64,000 nucleotides of DNA from Felis catus (Eukaryota). The translations under genes were made by a program, and so were the position numbers. This document shows, piece after piece, positions 1 through 13,285 of this stretch. Location of the stretch: positions 49,912,001 to 49,976,000 of the forward strand of contig NC_058382.1 of NCBI RefSeq assembly GCF_018350175.1, written 5' to 3'. Below the pieces are notes generated by a model. It was not told the DNA's origin and ran no database searches. It saw only the letters and a list, made by a program, of their open reading frames with translations. Every line of letters begins with the position of its first letter. The first letter of the stretch is position 1.

Positions 1-440
1 AGTATTGAAGAAAGCAGTCTTATATGTAATAAAAAAATGGATTTGTCAATCTTGCCTTTAAAAGGTAGCATCTGAATAAAGGTTTGAAAAGTTTTAAAAA
101 AGTAGCATCTAGTTTCACCCAACTCTAGTCCTTAAAATACACTAGCAAGATTTTACAGATGAATTTTATCAAACTATGTAAAGAATCCTTAACCCTTTCT
201 TAAGCTTGCAGAGATTAGAAAAAGGGAATAATCACAAATTCATTTTGAGAATTAAAATCTTAATGCCCAAAACTTTGTAAGAGAGAAAAATTAGATCTCA
301 TTTATCAACAGAAAAATCCTAAATAAATTACTAGTATATAAAATTTAGTAGTGTACTAAAAAATCATGACCAGGTAGAGCTTAGCTCAAGAATGGGTTAT
401 ATAGTCCATCATTCTGTCTATGAATAAAATATTCCAAACT

Positions 441-1157
441 GGGGTGCCTGGATGGCTCAGTCAGCTAAGCATCCAACTCTTGATTTTGGCTCAAGATCAT
501 GATCTCACGATTGGTGGGATCCAGCCCCATGTCCTCGGGCTCTTTGCTGTCAGTGCGGAGCCTGCTTGGGATTCTCTCTCTCTCTCGCCCTCTCTCTCTG
601 CCTCACCCTCACTCGCATGCATGCTCAACTCACTCTTTTTTTTTTCAAGTTTTTAAAATGTTTATTAAAATTAAAAAAAATTTTTTTTTTAATTTTTAAA
701 GTTTATTTATTTTGAGAGAGAGAGAGAGACAGCAAGCAGGGGAGGGGGAGAGAGAGGGAGAGACAGAATCCCAAGCAGACTCTGTGCTGCACAGAGCCTG
801 ATTCAGGGCTTGAACTCATGAAACCAGGAGATCATGACCTGAGCTGAAACCAAGAGTCAGATGCTTAACTGACTGAGCCACTCAGGTGCCCCTGTTTATT
901 TATTTTTGAGAGAGATAAAGAGAGAGAGAGAGAGAGAGAGAGAGACAAAGCATGAGTGGGGGAGGGTCAGGGAGAGAGGGAGACACAGAATCCGAAGCAG
1001 GCTCCAGGCTCTGAGCTGTCAGCACAGCGCCAGATGTTGGGGCTCGAACTCATAAACCGTGAGATCATGACCTGAGCTGAAGTCGGACGTTTAACCGACT
1101 GAGCCACCCAGGCGCCCCTCTCTCTCTTAAAATAAGAAATAAACTTAAAAAAAAAAT
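441..1157. mobile_element. Triple-nested CAN-SINE cluster
   Basis: A plus-strand SINE body (441-635) has its CT/A tail resuming at 1119-1157. It is interrupted by a minus SINE ending at 1118, whose tail holds a second minus SINE ending at 892 (TGTTTATT duplicated). Confidence 0.85.
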
Positions 1158-1159
1158 AC

Positions 1160-3960
1160 ACCAAATTAATAACTGAAGGGGAAAAACTATATGATCATCT
1201 CATAGATGAAGAAAAAAACACCAGAAATAACTCAAAATCCATGCATAAGTTTTAAAAAACCTCTTAGCAAATAGAAGGGTACTTCTTTAACTTGATAAAG
1301 GGAACCCATAAATCTACAACAAATATGACTATTATTATTTTTTAAATGTTTGTTTAGTTAGAGAGAGAGTGCATGCACACACATGCTCTGGTAGGGCAGA
1401 GAGAGAGAGAAAGAGAGAGGGAGCAAGAGAGAATCCCAAGCGGGCTCTGCGCTGTCAGTGCAGGGCTCAAACTCATAAATGGTGAGATCATAACCGAGCT
1501 GAAATCAAGAGCCAGATGCTTAACCAACTGATCCACCTGGGTGCCCCAACAGCAAATATTTAAAGCTATGGTAAATAAGGTAATATGATAGCTACTGATA
1601 CTGGGATAGACAAGTACTCTAATGGAACAGAACCCAGAAATAGATCTGTATAGAAAACATACGTCAGAGGTGGCGTGACAAATCAGGAGAGAAATGAAGA
1701 ACCAGTCAACAAATACAAATTGTACTGTGAAGTCGGAGGGATGAACTTTATGGCATGTGAACTTTATCTCAATATTCTCAATTAAAGCTATTAAAAAAGA
1801 CTGCTGTCACTGCTCTGCTTCTCCTCAACACTGTCCTGGCATAAAAGCAATACAGTAAGAGAGGAAAAGTAAATGAGAGGCATAACAATCAGAAAGGAAG
1901 ACTAAACTGTTCTTAAATGTAGACAGTGATAATCTACACAGAAAAATCCAAGAGAATCTGTAAAACTTAGAACAAGTCAGAAAGTTCAGCATGGTTGCTG
2001 GATGTCAGGTGAGTTACAAATATGGATATTGTTTCTACATACCAGCTATAAACACTTAGGGAGTATAATAGGGAAGAAGATCTCATTCTCAATAGGAGCA
2101 AAAATCTACAAGTGCAGAGGAATAAATTTAATGTCATATGCAAGACCTTCACGGAGAAAATGACAAAACATTATTGAAGGACACGAAAGATCTAAACAAA
2201 AGGAGAGATACACTAATATACCATATTCGAGGATGAGAACACCCAATATTGTAAAGATGCATTATTGCTCCAGATTAACCTATAATACAATTCCAATAAA
2301 AATCCCAACCAGTTTTTGTTTGTTTGTTTTTTGTGGAATCTGACAACTGATGCGAAATCCAACTAGAAGAGCAAAAGGCCAAGAATAACCAAGAGGTGAT
2401 GAGAAAAACAAGTTGGGGAGACTTATCTTAGCAGTAGTTAAGTAATTAACACTGCACCATATGGCAATAGAGATAGACAAATAAACCAGGAAACACAACA
2501 GAAACCCAGAAACAGACCTGTGTTTAAAACGTAACAGTGACGGGGGCGCCTGGGTGGCCCAGTCAGTTAAGCATCCGTCTCTGGCAAAGGCCATGATCTC
2601 GTGGTTCAGGGGTTCCAGCCCAATGTCCAGCTCAGTGCTGACGGTGTGGAGCCTGCTTGGGATTCTCACTTGCTCCTCTCTGCTCCTTCCCCACTCACAC
2701 TTTCTCCCTCTCTCCTAATAAAAGAAATAAACTTAAAAAAAAAATTATATATATATATATATATGGCATGAAAATCAAAGGGAAAATGATGGATTAGTTA
2801 ATTATATTCTGTAATTGGCTATATATGGGAAAAAAAAAGGATCCTGGGGCACCTGGCTGGCTCAGTTGGAAGAGTATGCAACTCTTGATCTTGGGTTCGT
2901 GAGTTTGAGCCTCATGTTGGGTGTAGATAGAGATTAAATAAGGAAATACTAAAAAAAAAAAAAAAAAAAAAAAAATCCCCATATTACACCACACAAAAAA
3001 TAACAAGAGGAATTAAATATCTAAATGTGGAAAAGTAAAACCCACAAGAAGTTTAGAATATCTATGGCCTTGGACTAGGGAGGGAGTTCTTAGTCAAGAT
3101 ACAAAAGTACAAATGATAAAAGGAAAAGCTGATAACTTTAAGTACATTAAAATTTTTAATTAAAAAATGACTTTTTGTACAAGAAAAAAAGTACTATAAC
3201 AGAATAGGAGCCACAGAGTGATCACATTTGCAACAGGTATAAATTAAAAAAAAAAAATTTACATCCAGAATAAATAAAAAACTCTTCCAATGAATAAGAT
3301 ATAACAGCCCAATTAGAACAACAGGCAAAGGAGAACAACAGAAAATCCTTAACTTTACTCAAGGCCACTGTGTCTGTGGCACATTGCACCAACTCTAGAG
3401 AGTGCTTTTCACAAAGATTACAGTGTGAACAGTGCCCCCTAGAGTTGTTCAGTGCATAAGCTCTATACTAAAAGATGCAATCTTACACTGGTTGTATCTG
3501 TGGCACTGTGGAAATGCAATGGAAAGCAAACTATGGGATATCATTGCACACTCCTCAAATTGGCCAAATTATGTTGCAGCATATAAAAATGGTGGGAGGA
3601 TGTGAAACATCTGGAATTCTCATAAACTGCTTCTGTGAGTGGAAGTTGGTACCATCACACTGGAAAGCAATTTCACAATATCCAGTGAAATTAAAAATGC
3701 AGATAACCCATGACTTAGCAAAGTCCACATCTAGGTATATAGCCTAGAAATATCCCCACCCATGTATAATATTCATCAACAGGACAATAGAGGGGATGAT
3801 ATGTGGTATATTCGTATAAAGGAAACTACAACAGCAGTAAAGTGAATGCGCTACAGCTACATGTGTCAACAGAAACAGACCCCCAAAATGGCGCTGATGA
3901 AGGAAAAAAGCGAGATGCAGAAACAGCATGATATCATCTCTATCAAATTTAAAAACATGC
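1160..3960 (+). mobile_element. Fragmented old L1 (L1M-type ORF2/3' end) interrupted by SINEs
   Basis: A-rich, L1 ORF2-like degenerate sequence (e.g. atctacacagaaaaatccaagagaatct; aatacaattccaataaaaatcccaac). Bases 1-420 look like the same element. Confidence 0.75.
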
Positions 3961-4439
3961 GGAATAATCGTACGTATTACTTACAGATGCAGACGTACGT
4001 AATGGAAGCAGAAACCACACAACTGAGGGTGGCTACCTAACAGAGGGAGGGGAACAGCCTCAGGGAGGCAGGAGATAAATGTGGGGGCTCAAAAACAACT
4101 AGTCCTATTTTATTTCTCCACAAAATAAAAACACAAAGCAAATGTAGCAAGATGGTTACCACTGATTGTGTGGTGGGTGTTATTCTTTTTATGGTTATGT
4201 TTGAAGTATTTCGTAGCTTTTTGTTTCTAAGTTACACCCGCAAGAACAGAGACCGGGTCCTTCCCGAGGAAGAGCACAAGGGGGACTCGATCCCTCACTT
4301 CCCCTTCCCTCCTCGGCCCAGGAGAGGCTGGCTCCTACTTCCCTGACCCTGCACTTGCTGAGGATGCCAAAAATAACCTTGTCCCCCAGTGGGGGAGGAG
4401 ATTATTTCCCCCCCACCCACCCCCACCCTGCCTTGAAGC

Positions 4440-5140
4440 TACTAACTGGATGGTCACACTCTTCTCTGTGCTTCTCCGCTTTCTCCTGAGCTCTCCATGG
4501 CCTCCAGGGCTCAGGCCAGGGTCCATGTTTCTTCTCTTCCTACCCACATTCTCTCTGGATGATTTTACCTTAACTCACATCTTCAAGGACTTCCTAGAAA
4601 TAGATGCCCCCCCCCATCTCTGTCTGCAGTCCATCTGTCTCTCCTGAGCCCTGAACCACTCCCTTCAAAGTGCCCACCCCTGGTCCTTATCCCGAGGTAG
4701 TACTCGGAAACTGAGCTCATCGTCCTCGGCTTGCGGCTCCTCTTCCCGGGTCCCCTACCCTGATACGTGGCACCATATTCCGTCCGTCCTGTCACCCAGC
4801 AGTAACCTGGGAGCATCCTCCTTCCTTCCTCCCTCCTGCTCATCCCCTACCTGCAACCAGCCAATCAGCCCCACTGGCTGCTGTGCATTTCTCTGCTTGG
4901 TCCTCTCCGTATGGCTCCTAACACCATTACTGTCTGGGCTTCAGCATTCCTCTTTTAATGACTCCAGTACCCCCCATCTGTGGTCTCCCCGCCACCATCC
5001 CTGCCCCTGCCATTCTAGCCTCCCTGCCGCAGAGGAGAGCGATCTTTCTAAAATGCCACTTCCATCCCAACACCCTTTTCTCACCATCCTTGAAGTGCTG
5101 AGTCTTCAGGAGAAAACCCCAAGTCCTCTCTGACTTGCCC
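4440..5140 (+). mobile_element. L2 LINE remnant
   Basis: C/T-rich L2-like tracts (gtctctcctgagccctg, aaactgagctcatcgtc, aacctgggagcatcct). Identified from recall of the consensus. Confidence 0.6.
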
Positions 5141-6526
5141 CAGGTGGCCCTCGAGCTCCTCATACTCCGCCAGCCCAGTCGTGCCCTGCTCTCCTCGCTG
5201 GCCTTTGTATGTGGTGATTGGACCTCAGATCTTCTCGCAAACTGTCCCGCAGGCGCCGCCATTTCTCTTTGCCCGCTAACCCGTGATCCTACCGTCCGCC
5301 TTGCGCCCCTCCCCCAGTTGGGTGTTAGGTCTCTATCACGGCCACCCTCACACTGCGCTGTTCCACCGTGAAGGTACCTGCCCATCTTCCCCGTTGGTCA
5401 AGGAGGAAAAAGAGGACCGTCCCTATCCCTGCACCTCTGGCGCACAGCGTCATGCCTGCCATGCTGATGGTGTTCAGAAGGCACAGGGGGCTGGTCGACC
5501 TGGGGCCGAGAGCCTATGTAACAAGCACTGACGTGTCTTAATTTTGCAGCAGTGGCTGAAACACACGGTGGCCACAGGGAGGGCACAGGGCAGCTTTGGG
5601 CATCCAGGCACCAGTCCCAAAGGTGGCCCAAGGATCTCCAAGGAGCATTTGGAAGGAGGCAATATCAATTTTCTTATTCTCAGAAGGCTTGCTTGCTCTT
5701 CATTAGACCAAATGTCGGAACGCTTTAAAAAGTGCAATTGGCTCCCCTTTTCATCTTGATTTCCTTAGGGAGGAAAACCCCAATCCTAGTGGTTGACATC
5801 AGGGAGGCAAAGCCACAGTTAGTGGGAGGATCTACAGATACCTCTGTGATCAACAGCTTCGCTTCCTCGCCCCGTTGGCAGCTGGAGAGAGGCCGCTGCT
5901 TCCAGATGTGGAGCGGAGACGGTCTGTGCTGGCAAACGTGCGTGCCTGGTGTGCAGCGAGAGGCTCCACAAACACGTGTCCAGTAGGCTCCTCCTAAGGA
6001 CAGTCTCTTAGGTTCATTAGCAAAAGCTCTGGAAATCAGGATTCGCCAACTGAAGAGTCACTTGTGAGCTAAAATACCAAGGATGGCGTTTCCTGTGTGC
6101 CGGCTAGGCGGCCCTCCTCATGGCTGTGTTCTACGTGATCTGATCTTATCCCTGAGACCCTGTTGCCAGGGGCAGCGTTGCCCTCGCTTCAGAGAGGACG
6201 GCGCTGACACTCTGAGAATGTTCTGACCGATCCGAGATCACACAACCAGTACATCCTGGAGCCGCAGTTCCATGTCTATGGCCACAACCCATCCTTGCCC
6301 TGCTAGGTCAGAGGATATGCATCGAAGGCTTGTGTCTCTCTGTGGCCCCTAGACATAAAAGTAAACATCCAGATTCTGAACGTCTGACAACAATCAGCTG
6401 GAACAAAATAATGGCGCCTCGTTGGACAAGGAATACACTTCTCAGCTCACTGCACCTACTTTCTTTACAAAGTTTCCTACTCCTGGAAATATTTGGGTTT
6501 GCAACCATTGCACCATAGTTTATGCA

Positions 6527-6613
6527 CCTTCCTTCCTTCCTTCCTTCCTTCCTTCCTTCCTTCCTTCCTCCCTCCCTCCCTCCCTCCCTCCCTCCCTCCC
6601 TTCCTTCCTTTCC
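6527..6613. repeat. (CCTT)n(CCCT)n compound microsatellite in the tail of a minus-strand SINE (6614-6793)
   Basis: Directly visible tetranucleotide array. Confidence 0.95.
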
Positions 6614-9510
6614 AGAGTGAGCGAGCAAACAGTAGAGCGGGAGAGAGAGGGAGAGGGAGAGAGAATCCCAGGCAGGCTTCACACTGTCAGCGGAGAGCCC
6701 GACACGGGGCTCAAACTGATGAACCGTGAGATCATGACCTGAGCAAAAACCAAAGAGTCTGATGCTTAACCAACTGGACCACTCAGGTGCCCCACCATCC
6801 ATTTTAGAACAGAATTCCTCCAAACCGTATGGAAGCAAAAGACTGACCCATGTTGGCCCTCCTCTTTCGTGAAGGAGGCAAAGAGATGGGCTGCACGGCC
6901 TGGTCTGCCCACGTCCGCACAGGCGAGTGAACGCTGTGGTCTGGATCTGGCCACTCTATCGCCCCGAAGCCTTGTTTCTCCCACTGCCAGCTGGTTTCTC
7001 AGCCTGGCAGTTATGATGGGCCAAGAACAGAGGGGGGTTCACAGTGGTACTGGATAAACCAAGAACAAAAAGTACAGCGTGGAAACATCGGCTGAGGGGC
7101 GCCTGGCTGCCTCAGTTGGAGCAGGCGACGCTTGATCTCGGGGTTATGAGTTCGAGCTCCATGTTGGTCTTAAAGATTGCTTAAGGAAATAAAAAAAAAT
7201 TACACACACACACACAAACCCCAGCCGAAAAGGAACTCGCTGGAGGTCAAAACGGTCCATAAGGAGTAGCAATAAAAAAGGAATCTGGTGAAATCTTGGC
7301 AGGGATGAGGGAATGTACATCGAGAAGAGCTCTTTTCTCTCAAATAACAGAATCGAATTCAACCAAGCCACGGGTGAACTGGATTGCGTGAGCACCATTG
7401 CCGAGCCAAGCTTGGGTTGCCCATGGTATAATTTCTCAGAGATCTTCTGAGGTTGCACAGAAAGGTCTTGTTGTTGAACTGAAGGGGGATGCTGGGAATG
7501 GGCCCTGTTCTCCTGCTCTGTTGTCAGGTTGGTTTCACCACCCAGGGGCCCACCGTACCTCTCCCCACGGAGACGCTGCTGAGTTTCAATGCGCTTTTCA
7601 TTCTCTTGGCTGCCTGAGCAAACAGCCATCACTGTTTCCATTGTGAGCTCTTCTCCTTTTGGTGCCAAGCCCAAGTTCAGGGAACATGTGCTTGAGACCA
7701 ACATTTGGCAGCCTGGGTCCCCACTTGGAGTGACTCTGTCTTTGCCTTTTTCCTATTAAGACACTTTGCTGAATTTGGAGACTGGAAAGCAATGCTGAAC
7801 GCGCTTAGTTCTAAAAGCTGTTTCCTACCCCTGCTGGCTCGTTAGTAGACGAGACAAAAAACCCACACCCAAATTCAGAACCTGAGTTACTAGGTGAAGA
7901 CACAGAGTTATTTCCATCCCTCTCTAGTTACTAACATGCCTGAGGCCATTCGTATCTCAAAGCGCCAATGGGCTCAGTTTCCTGGAGAAAATTTCTCTTT
8001 GCGTTATTTACCACTTTAAGAATTTCTATGAGAAGTCCTACCTCACACTTGAAAAAACTAAGCATCCTAATTGCTGGGACCCCATTTGGTACAACCGGTG
8101 ACAGGTTACAAGTCAGAGATTAAATATTTTCCCCACACCCACATAGAAGTAATGGTAGAGTTGGTAGTAGAACATGATTACTTGGTTAAGTGACTTGATT
8201 TCAGCTCTGGGCATGATCGCACGGGTGGTGAGTACGAGCCCCACGTCAGGCTCTGCGCGGACAGTGCAGAGCCTGCTTGAGATTCTCTCTCTCCCTTTTA
8301 CTCTGCCCCTGCCCCTCCCCGTCTCGTGTGCGCATGCGCGCTCTCTCAAAATAAACTTCTAAAAAAAGATGATGAAAAAAAACCATAATTACTTAAATAT
8401 CCAGATCAAAGTTTATTCTACCATAGCAAATAACAGGACTAGGTTTTTGGTTTGGGTTTTTTTTTTTTTTTTTTTTTTTTACATTTTTAAGTTGACGTAT
8501 AAATACACACAATAAAATGCGCAGAGGGTTTAAGTGGAGAGTTTAATACATCCTGACAAATATTGACACCCATGTAATCAACACTTCAATCCAAACAGAT
8601 TATTCCCCAAATCCCAGAAAGGCCCCTTAGGCCTTTTTTCCCTCAACTCCCATCCCCCATCTTCCCCCACCAGGCAACAACCACTCTTTGATTTCTATCC
8701 CCCTTGATTACTTTTAGTGTGTCAGACACACATTTTAGTGTGTCTGCACATTTGGACCACAGGTGCTACTTGAGATTTGTTTTGGATCCACACCTTCCAG
8801 GAAGTCAGTCTTAACCCCAGTACAGACACATTTAGGTTTGAAGGGATTCACGTTTGCGAGATGTGAAGGCCAACTACGATTCCTCAGTATGCGGTCCAAA
8901 AAGAACTTTTGGAAAATAAAGTTTTCTTCACACTCTCTGCTTTCCTGGCTCCTTCTGTATCCCGCTTCTCCTTCAGGACAGCTGTCTTTGGGAAGACCTG
9001 CTTGAGCCCTTGAAAGGGAGCACACAGGCACATCTTCCTACTTAGAAGCCACTTCCTGCTTTTGGTGACCTTCCTGCCTCACTGGGCCTCCTCTCACCAG
9101 CTCGTCTGGCTTCCCCACGGGCATCACAAGAGGACGGTGGTAGTTGAAAACGTTAGCGTTGTCCTAAACCACTTAACTAGCTAGCAAGGGAACCGGGTTT
9201 TAGAAACTGGAAAACTCTGGCTAAGGCTTGCTCAGAACACTGTCTTAAAGCCAACAAGTATTGCCAAAGTCCAGGTGGAGGCGGCTTTCCACCAGCCACA
9301 GACACGGCCAGATCAGACGGGCCTGCTTCTCCTCCAGGCCGAGCTGGCAGCCAGCGTGGGTCATTTTCTCCGTAGCGGCTTCGTTTCCCCAGACAGTGAG
9401 CTAATGCTTGGCAACAGCAAACTCCATAAAACAAGGCATTTCACCCCGTGCTTTAAGGCAGAAATGACTACATGGAATATGCACACACACTTATTTAAAT
9501 CAAGCCACAT

Positions 9511-9734
9511 TTTTTTTTTAATTTTTTTTTTCAACGTTTATTTATTTTTGGGACAGAGAGAGACAGAGCATGAACGGGGGAGGGGCAGAGAGAGAGGGAG
9601 ACACAGAATGGGAAACAGGCTCCAGGCTCTGAGCCATCAGCCCAGAGCCCGACGCGGGGCTCGAACTCATGGACCGCGAGATCGTGACCTGGCTGAATTC
9701 GGACGCTTAACCGACTGCGCCACCCAGGCGCCCC
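9511..9734 (-). mobile_element. Young SINEC_Fc-type SINE with target-site duplication
   Basis: Near-consensus body with CpGs intact; TSD AAATCAAGCCACAT at 9497-9510 and 9735-9748. Confidence 0.92.
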
Positions 9735-10339
9735 AAATCAAGCCACATTTTTAAAAGTCTGAAGAAAAAATAGTTAAAAATTATGCAAACATAGACACAT
9801 TAGAATCCACTTGTGAACAAGAACAAAGGAATGATGCTGGAGTGTAAACTTCCCTCAAGAGCCAAATTTCAGAAGACGTTTTGTTAGACTACCCTCTGGA
9901 ATTACAAGCGCAGCTGCCTAAAATCTGTTGGGGGAGTCCCTCTTCCTGTACAATGCCACTTCTGAGGACTTTCTGCTGTTTTGATAGTTTAAAATACAGA
10001 AACGGTTTTCTGTTTTTTACAAATGTTTATTTTTGAGAGAGAGAGAGAGAGAGCAGGGGAGGGGTAGGGAGAGGGGGACAGAGGATCTGAATTGGGCTCC
10101 GTGCTGACCATGAGATCGCGACCTGAGCCGAAGTCAGACGCTTAACCCACTGAGCCACCCAGGTGCCCCTTACATAGTTTTTTAAAAAGCCACCTCCCCA
10201 CCCGTCCCCTGCCGCCAAAAAAAAAAAAAAAAAAAAAAGAAAGAAAGAAAGAAAAGTGAAACAAAGTTAACTGTGTACAGATTTGGAGCAGTAACCACAA
10301 AAGGAGGTGTTTCATGAAACCTGAAAACACAATCTCTAG

Positions 10340-11730
10340 ATCAGGGTTTCTCAGCCTCAGCAATACTGATACTGTGGGCCAAATACACCTTTGTTACGGG
10401 GTTTGTCCTGTGCACTGCAGCATGTTAGCAGCACCCAAAGCTGGCAACGCTTGGCCCATACTGTCACACATCATTTCTGGGGGAATTCGGTGCTGTGTGT
10501 GCAACTCCACGGGAGACAGTTTTTAAATGCAGGAGGAGAGGACATGCCAGGCCACAAGGAGTCACACGGAGAAGCACCAGGGTGGGTCAGGAGGCAGAAG
10601 GAGCGAGGACATGCGTGCAACAGCCGTTATTGTAAAGGGGAGGAAGGGCCGGGGCAGGGTAAGCGGACTTGGGACTGGCTAGTTGGACTCATTTCAGTGG
10701 TCTCTGAGGCACAAGGGCTGTCCCTGGTTTTCTGGTACCTGGACCTGGGGCGATCAGGGCAGGTGGAGTGTGGCCCAGAGTGGGAGAGCCCCATAAAGCA
10801 CGTGGCTGGGTATGAACTCTGGAGGGCTTACTTTCTTTTCTTTTTTTAATGTTTATTTATATTTGAGACAGAGAGAGAGGCAGTGTGCAAGCAGGGGAGG
10901 GGCAGAGAGAAAGATGGAGACAGAATCTGAAGCAGGCTCCAGGCTCTGAGCTGTCAGCACAGACCCTGATGTGGGGCTTGAACAGACAAGTTGTGAGATC
11001 ATGACCTGAGCTGAAGCTGAAGCCAAACGCTTAACCAACTGTGCCACCTGGTGCCCCTGGAGGGCTCAGTTTCAATCTTTTACTATCTCTGGGAGTTGGC
11101 TAGCCTCCGTGGGCAGTCTCTCCAGGGTGAGCAAGGTGCTGGATGTCAAAGCATCAGAAGCACATGGTTGATACAGGGAGGATAGAGTCTTGCACCTGGA
11201 CTGTGCCTGTGTGCCTTTTCTCTCTGCCGACGTTAAGCTGTGTCCTTTCAGGGGCACCTGGGTGGCTCAGGTCATGATCTTGCAGTTTGTGAGTTTGAGC
11301 CCACAGTTTGAGGCTGTCGGGACAGAGCCTGTTCCGGATTCTCTGTCTCCCTCTCTCTCTGCCCCTCCCCCGCTTGCGTGCGCCACGTGCTCTGCTCTCT
11401 CAAAAAACGTTCAGGGCACTTGGGTGGCTCAGTCCGTTGAGAATCTTGACTTCGGCTAAGGCCATGATCTCGTGGTTCATGAGTTCAAGCCCCACATGGG
11501 CTTGGTGCTGTCAGCCTGTCAACACGGAGCCTCCTTCAGATCCTCTGTCCCCTTCTGTCTGCCCCTCCCCCGCTTGCCTCTCCCCCCCAAAAATATTTAA
11601 AAAAAAAGATTAAAAAAATCTGTATCCTTTCGCTGAAATAAATAATAACTACAATAGCTTTGCTGCATTCCATGAGTGTCCAGTGAACCATCAAACCTGG
11701 GGTGGTCTCGGGGATCCCTTGCACTGCTGC
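10340..11730. mobile_element. Nested repeat stack: MER20-like piece, MER68/MER21-like LTR (+) split by a MER54-like LTR (-) and three SINEs
   Basis: A MER54-like end (tgtatcaaccatg...ctgatgctttgacatc) lies on the minus strand at about 11175. MER68-like pieces at about 10455-10515, 11176-11250 and 11620-11725. SINEs at 10830-11058(-), 11250-11410(+) and 11413-11610(+). Names are from recall. Confidence 0.65.
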
Positions 11731-13285
11731 TAAAACCATGAGGTGAAAGGGTGACTGGGAACTTCCTACCGGGATAGATAAGCTGAGCCCATTGAGCCCA
11801 CTGCGAACTCGCTGGAAGTAGGACAACCAGATGTCCTGTTCCTCTTGATATGGTGCAACAGAAGTACGCAGAATCACCTGAGAAGCCCTAGGACTGGGGT
11901 GAGGGTGGGGCTGACTGAACATGGGGAGTGCCTGGCTAATGGGAACCATACTGGGTCGATGAGGGTCCCCCACCTCTAACAGAGAACAAAAATGTTCTAC
12001 AATTATGGTGATGGTTGTACAACTCTGTGGATTTACTAAAAGCCACTAAATTGTATACTTTCAATGGGTAAATTTTATGGAATGTAAATTATATCCCAAT
12101 AAAGCTGTTATTAAAAAACATTTAAAGCCATACAAGAATGACAGGGCGCCTGGCTGGCTCAGTCGGTGGAGTGTATGACTCTTGATCTTGGGGTCATGAG
12201 TGCAAGCCCCATACTGGGTGTAGAGACTACTTACGAATAAAATCTTAAAAGAAAAAAAAGCTATACCAAGATACTAAAGGACTTTGAGAAGAGCTTTGGA
12301 TAATCCTGACACGGACAACTTCCCTTTCCATCAATAATTTAAGGAGCAGAGAGGTTGAGAGTTAAATATTAGATGGTGGTTAAAAGAGGATGGGTAGCTA
12401 GGTCTGCTGCTGATTTGCTATACGGACTTTTGGCCTGTTAGACAGAACTCTTTCATTTGAAAGCCACAGACAACCTACTCAGATAGGCTTAACCCAAACA
12501 GCCGTATGAATTTATCTCACATACTTGAAGTCCAGGCTGGGCACTGGCTTCAGGCATCCAAACAAGGTCATGGGAGCCGATGCTTTTGGCTGTTTCCTGT
12601 TTTCTTGCCTTCATTCTCAAGCTGGCTGCCTCTGTGTGGAGGCAAAGGCAGCCACAGACAGTCCCACGAGTCTGTGGTCCTTGGAGCTTCTGATCCGAGA
12701 GGAGACAGCATCTTTCCTGCTCACCCTGGCAGTAGTTCCAGGATTGTATGGCGCTGCCTCACAATCCGAGAGCTGGGGAGTGAGGTTTGCTTCAGCCAAG
12801 TCCCACAGATAGAGCAGGAAAGGATGACCCTCCGAGGGAAGAAACGGCACATATCCACTATGCCAAGGGAAGCTCTAAAACTTGCAGAGGTCCGGACACC
12901 ATCTCAGCCCAAGAAATACTTGCCAGATCGATGTGGGAACACACAGAGCGGAGCTGCTGCAGAGTACCTTTCAAGCGTCACATTCCAAGTTCTTACTCCA
13001 TGTTTTAGAGAAGCAATAACATACATTAGGACAGATGCCAAGGGCATCAGCGAGGTGATGTTTTAGCAGAGAGAGATACGTCAGTCAAGTATGGATAGTT
13101 CCATGTTTCAGGATTCTGTCCATATTACCCAGAAGAGATATGTCACTCTGGTAGATGGCAGACTTTTTTTTTCCTGACTCAGCCACAAGAAAAGCTAAGG
13201 CTTGTCCAGCACAAAGGAAGAAGCCGTCCAGTGTGAGCAGCTGAAAAACACTCTGCTACTAATAAGCTCTTTGCAGTTTGCCATT

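Noticed and set aside
441..520. tRNA-like A/B-box sequences at SINE heads
   Set aside because: CAN-SINEs are tRNA-derived; I saw no complete cloverleaf tRNA gene anywhere in the window.
12506..13066. 186-aa plus-strand ORF antisense to the ADAT1 3'UTR
   Set aside because: No recognisable homology, promoter or splice context; consistent with chance.
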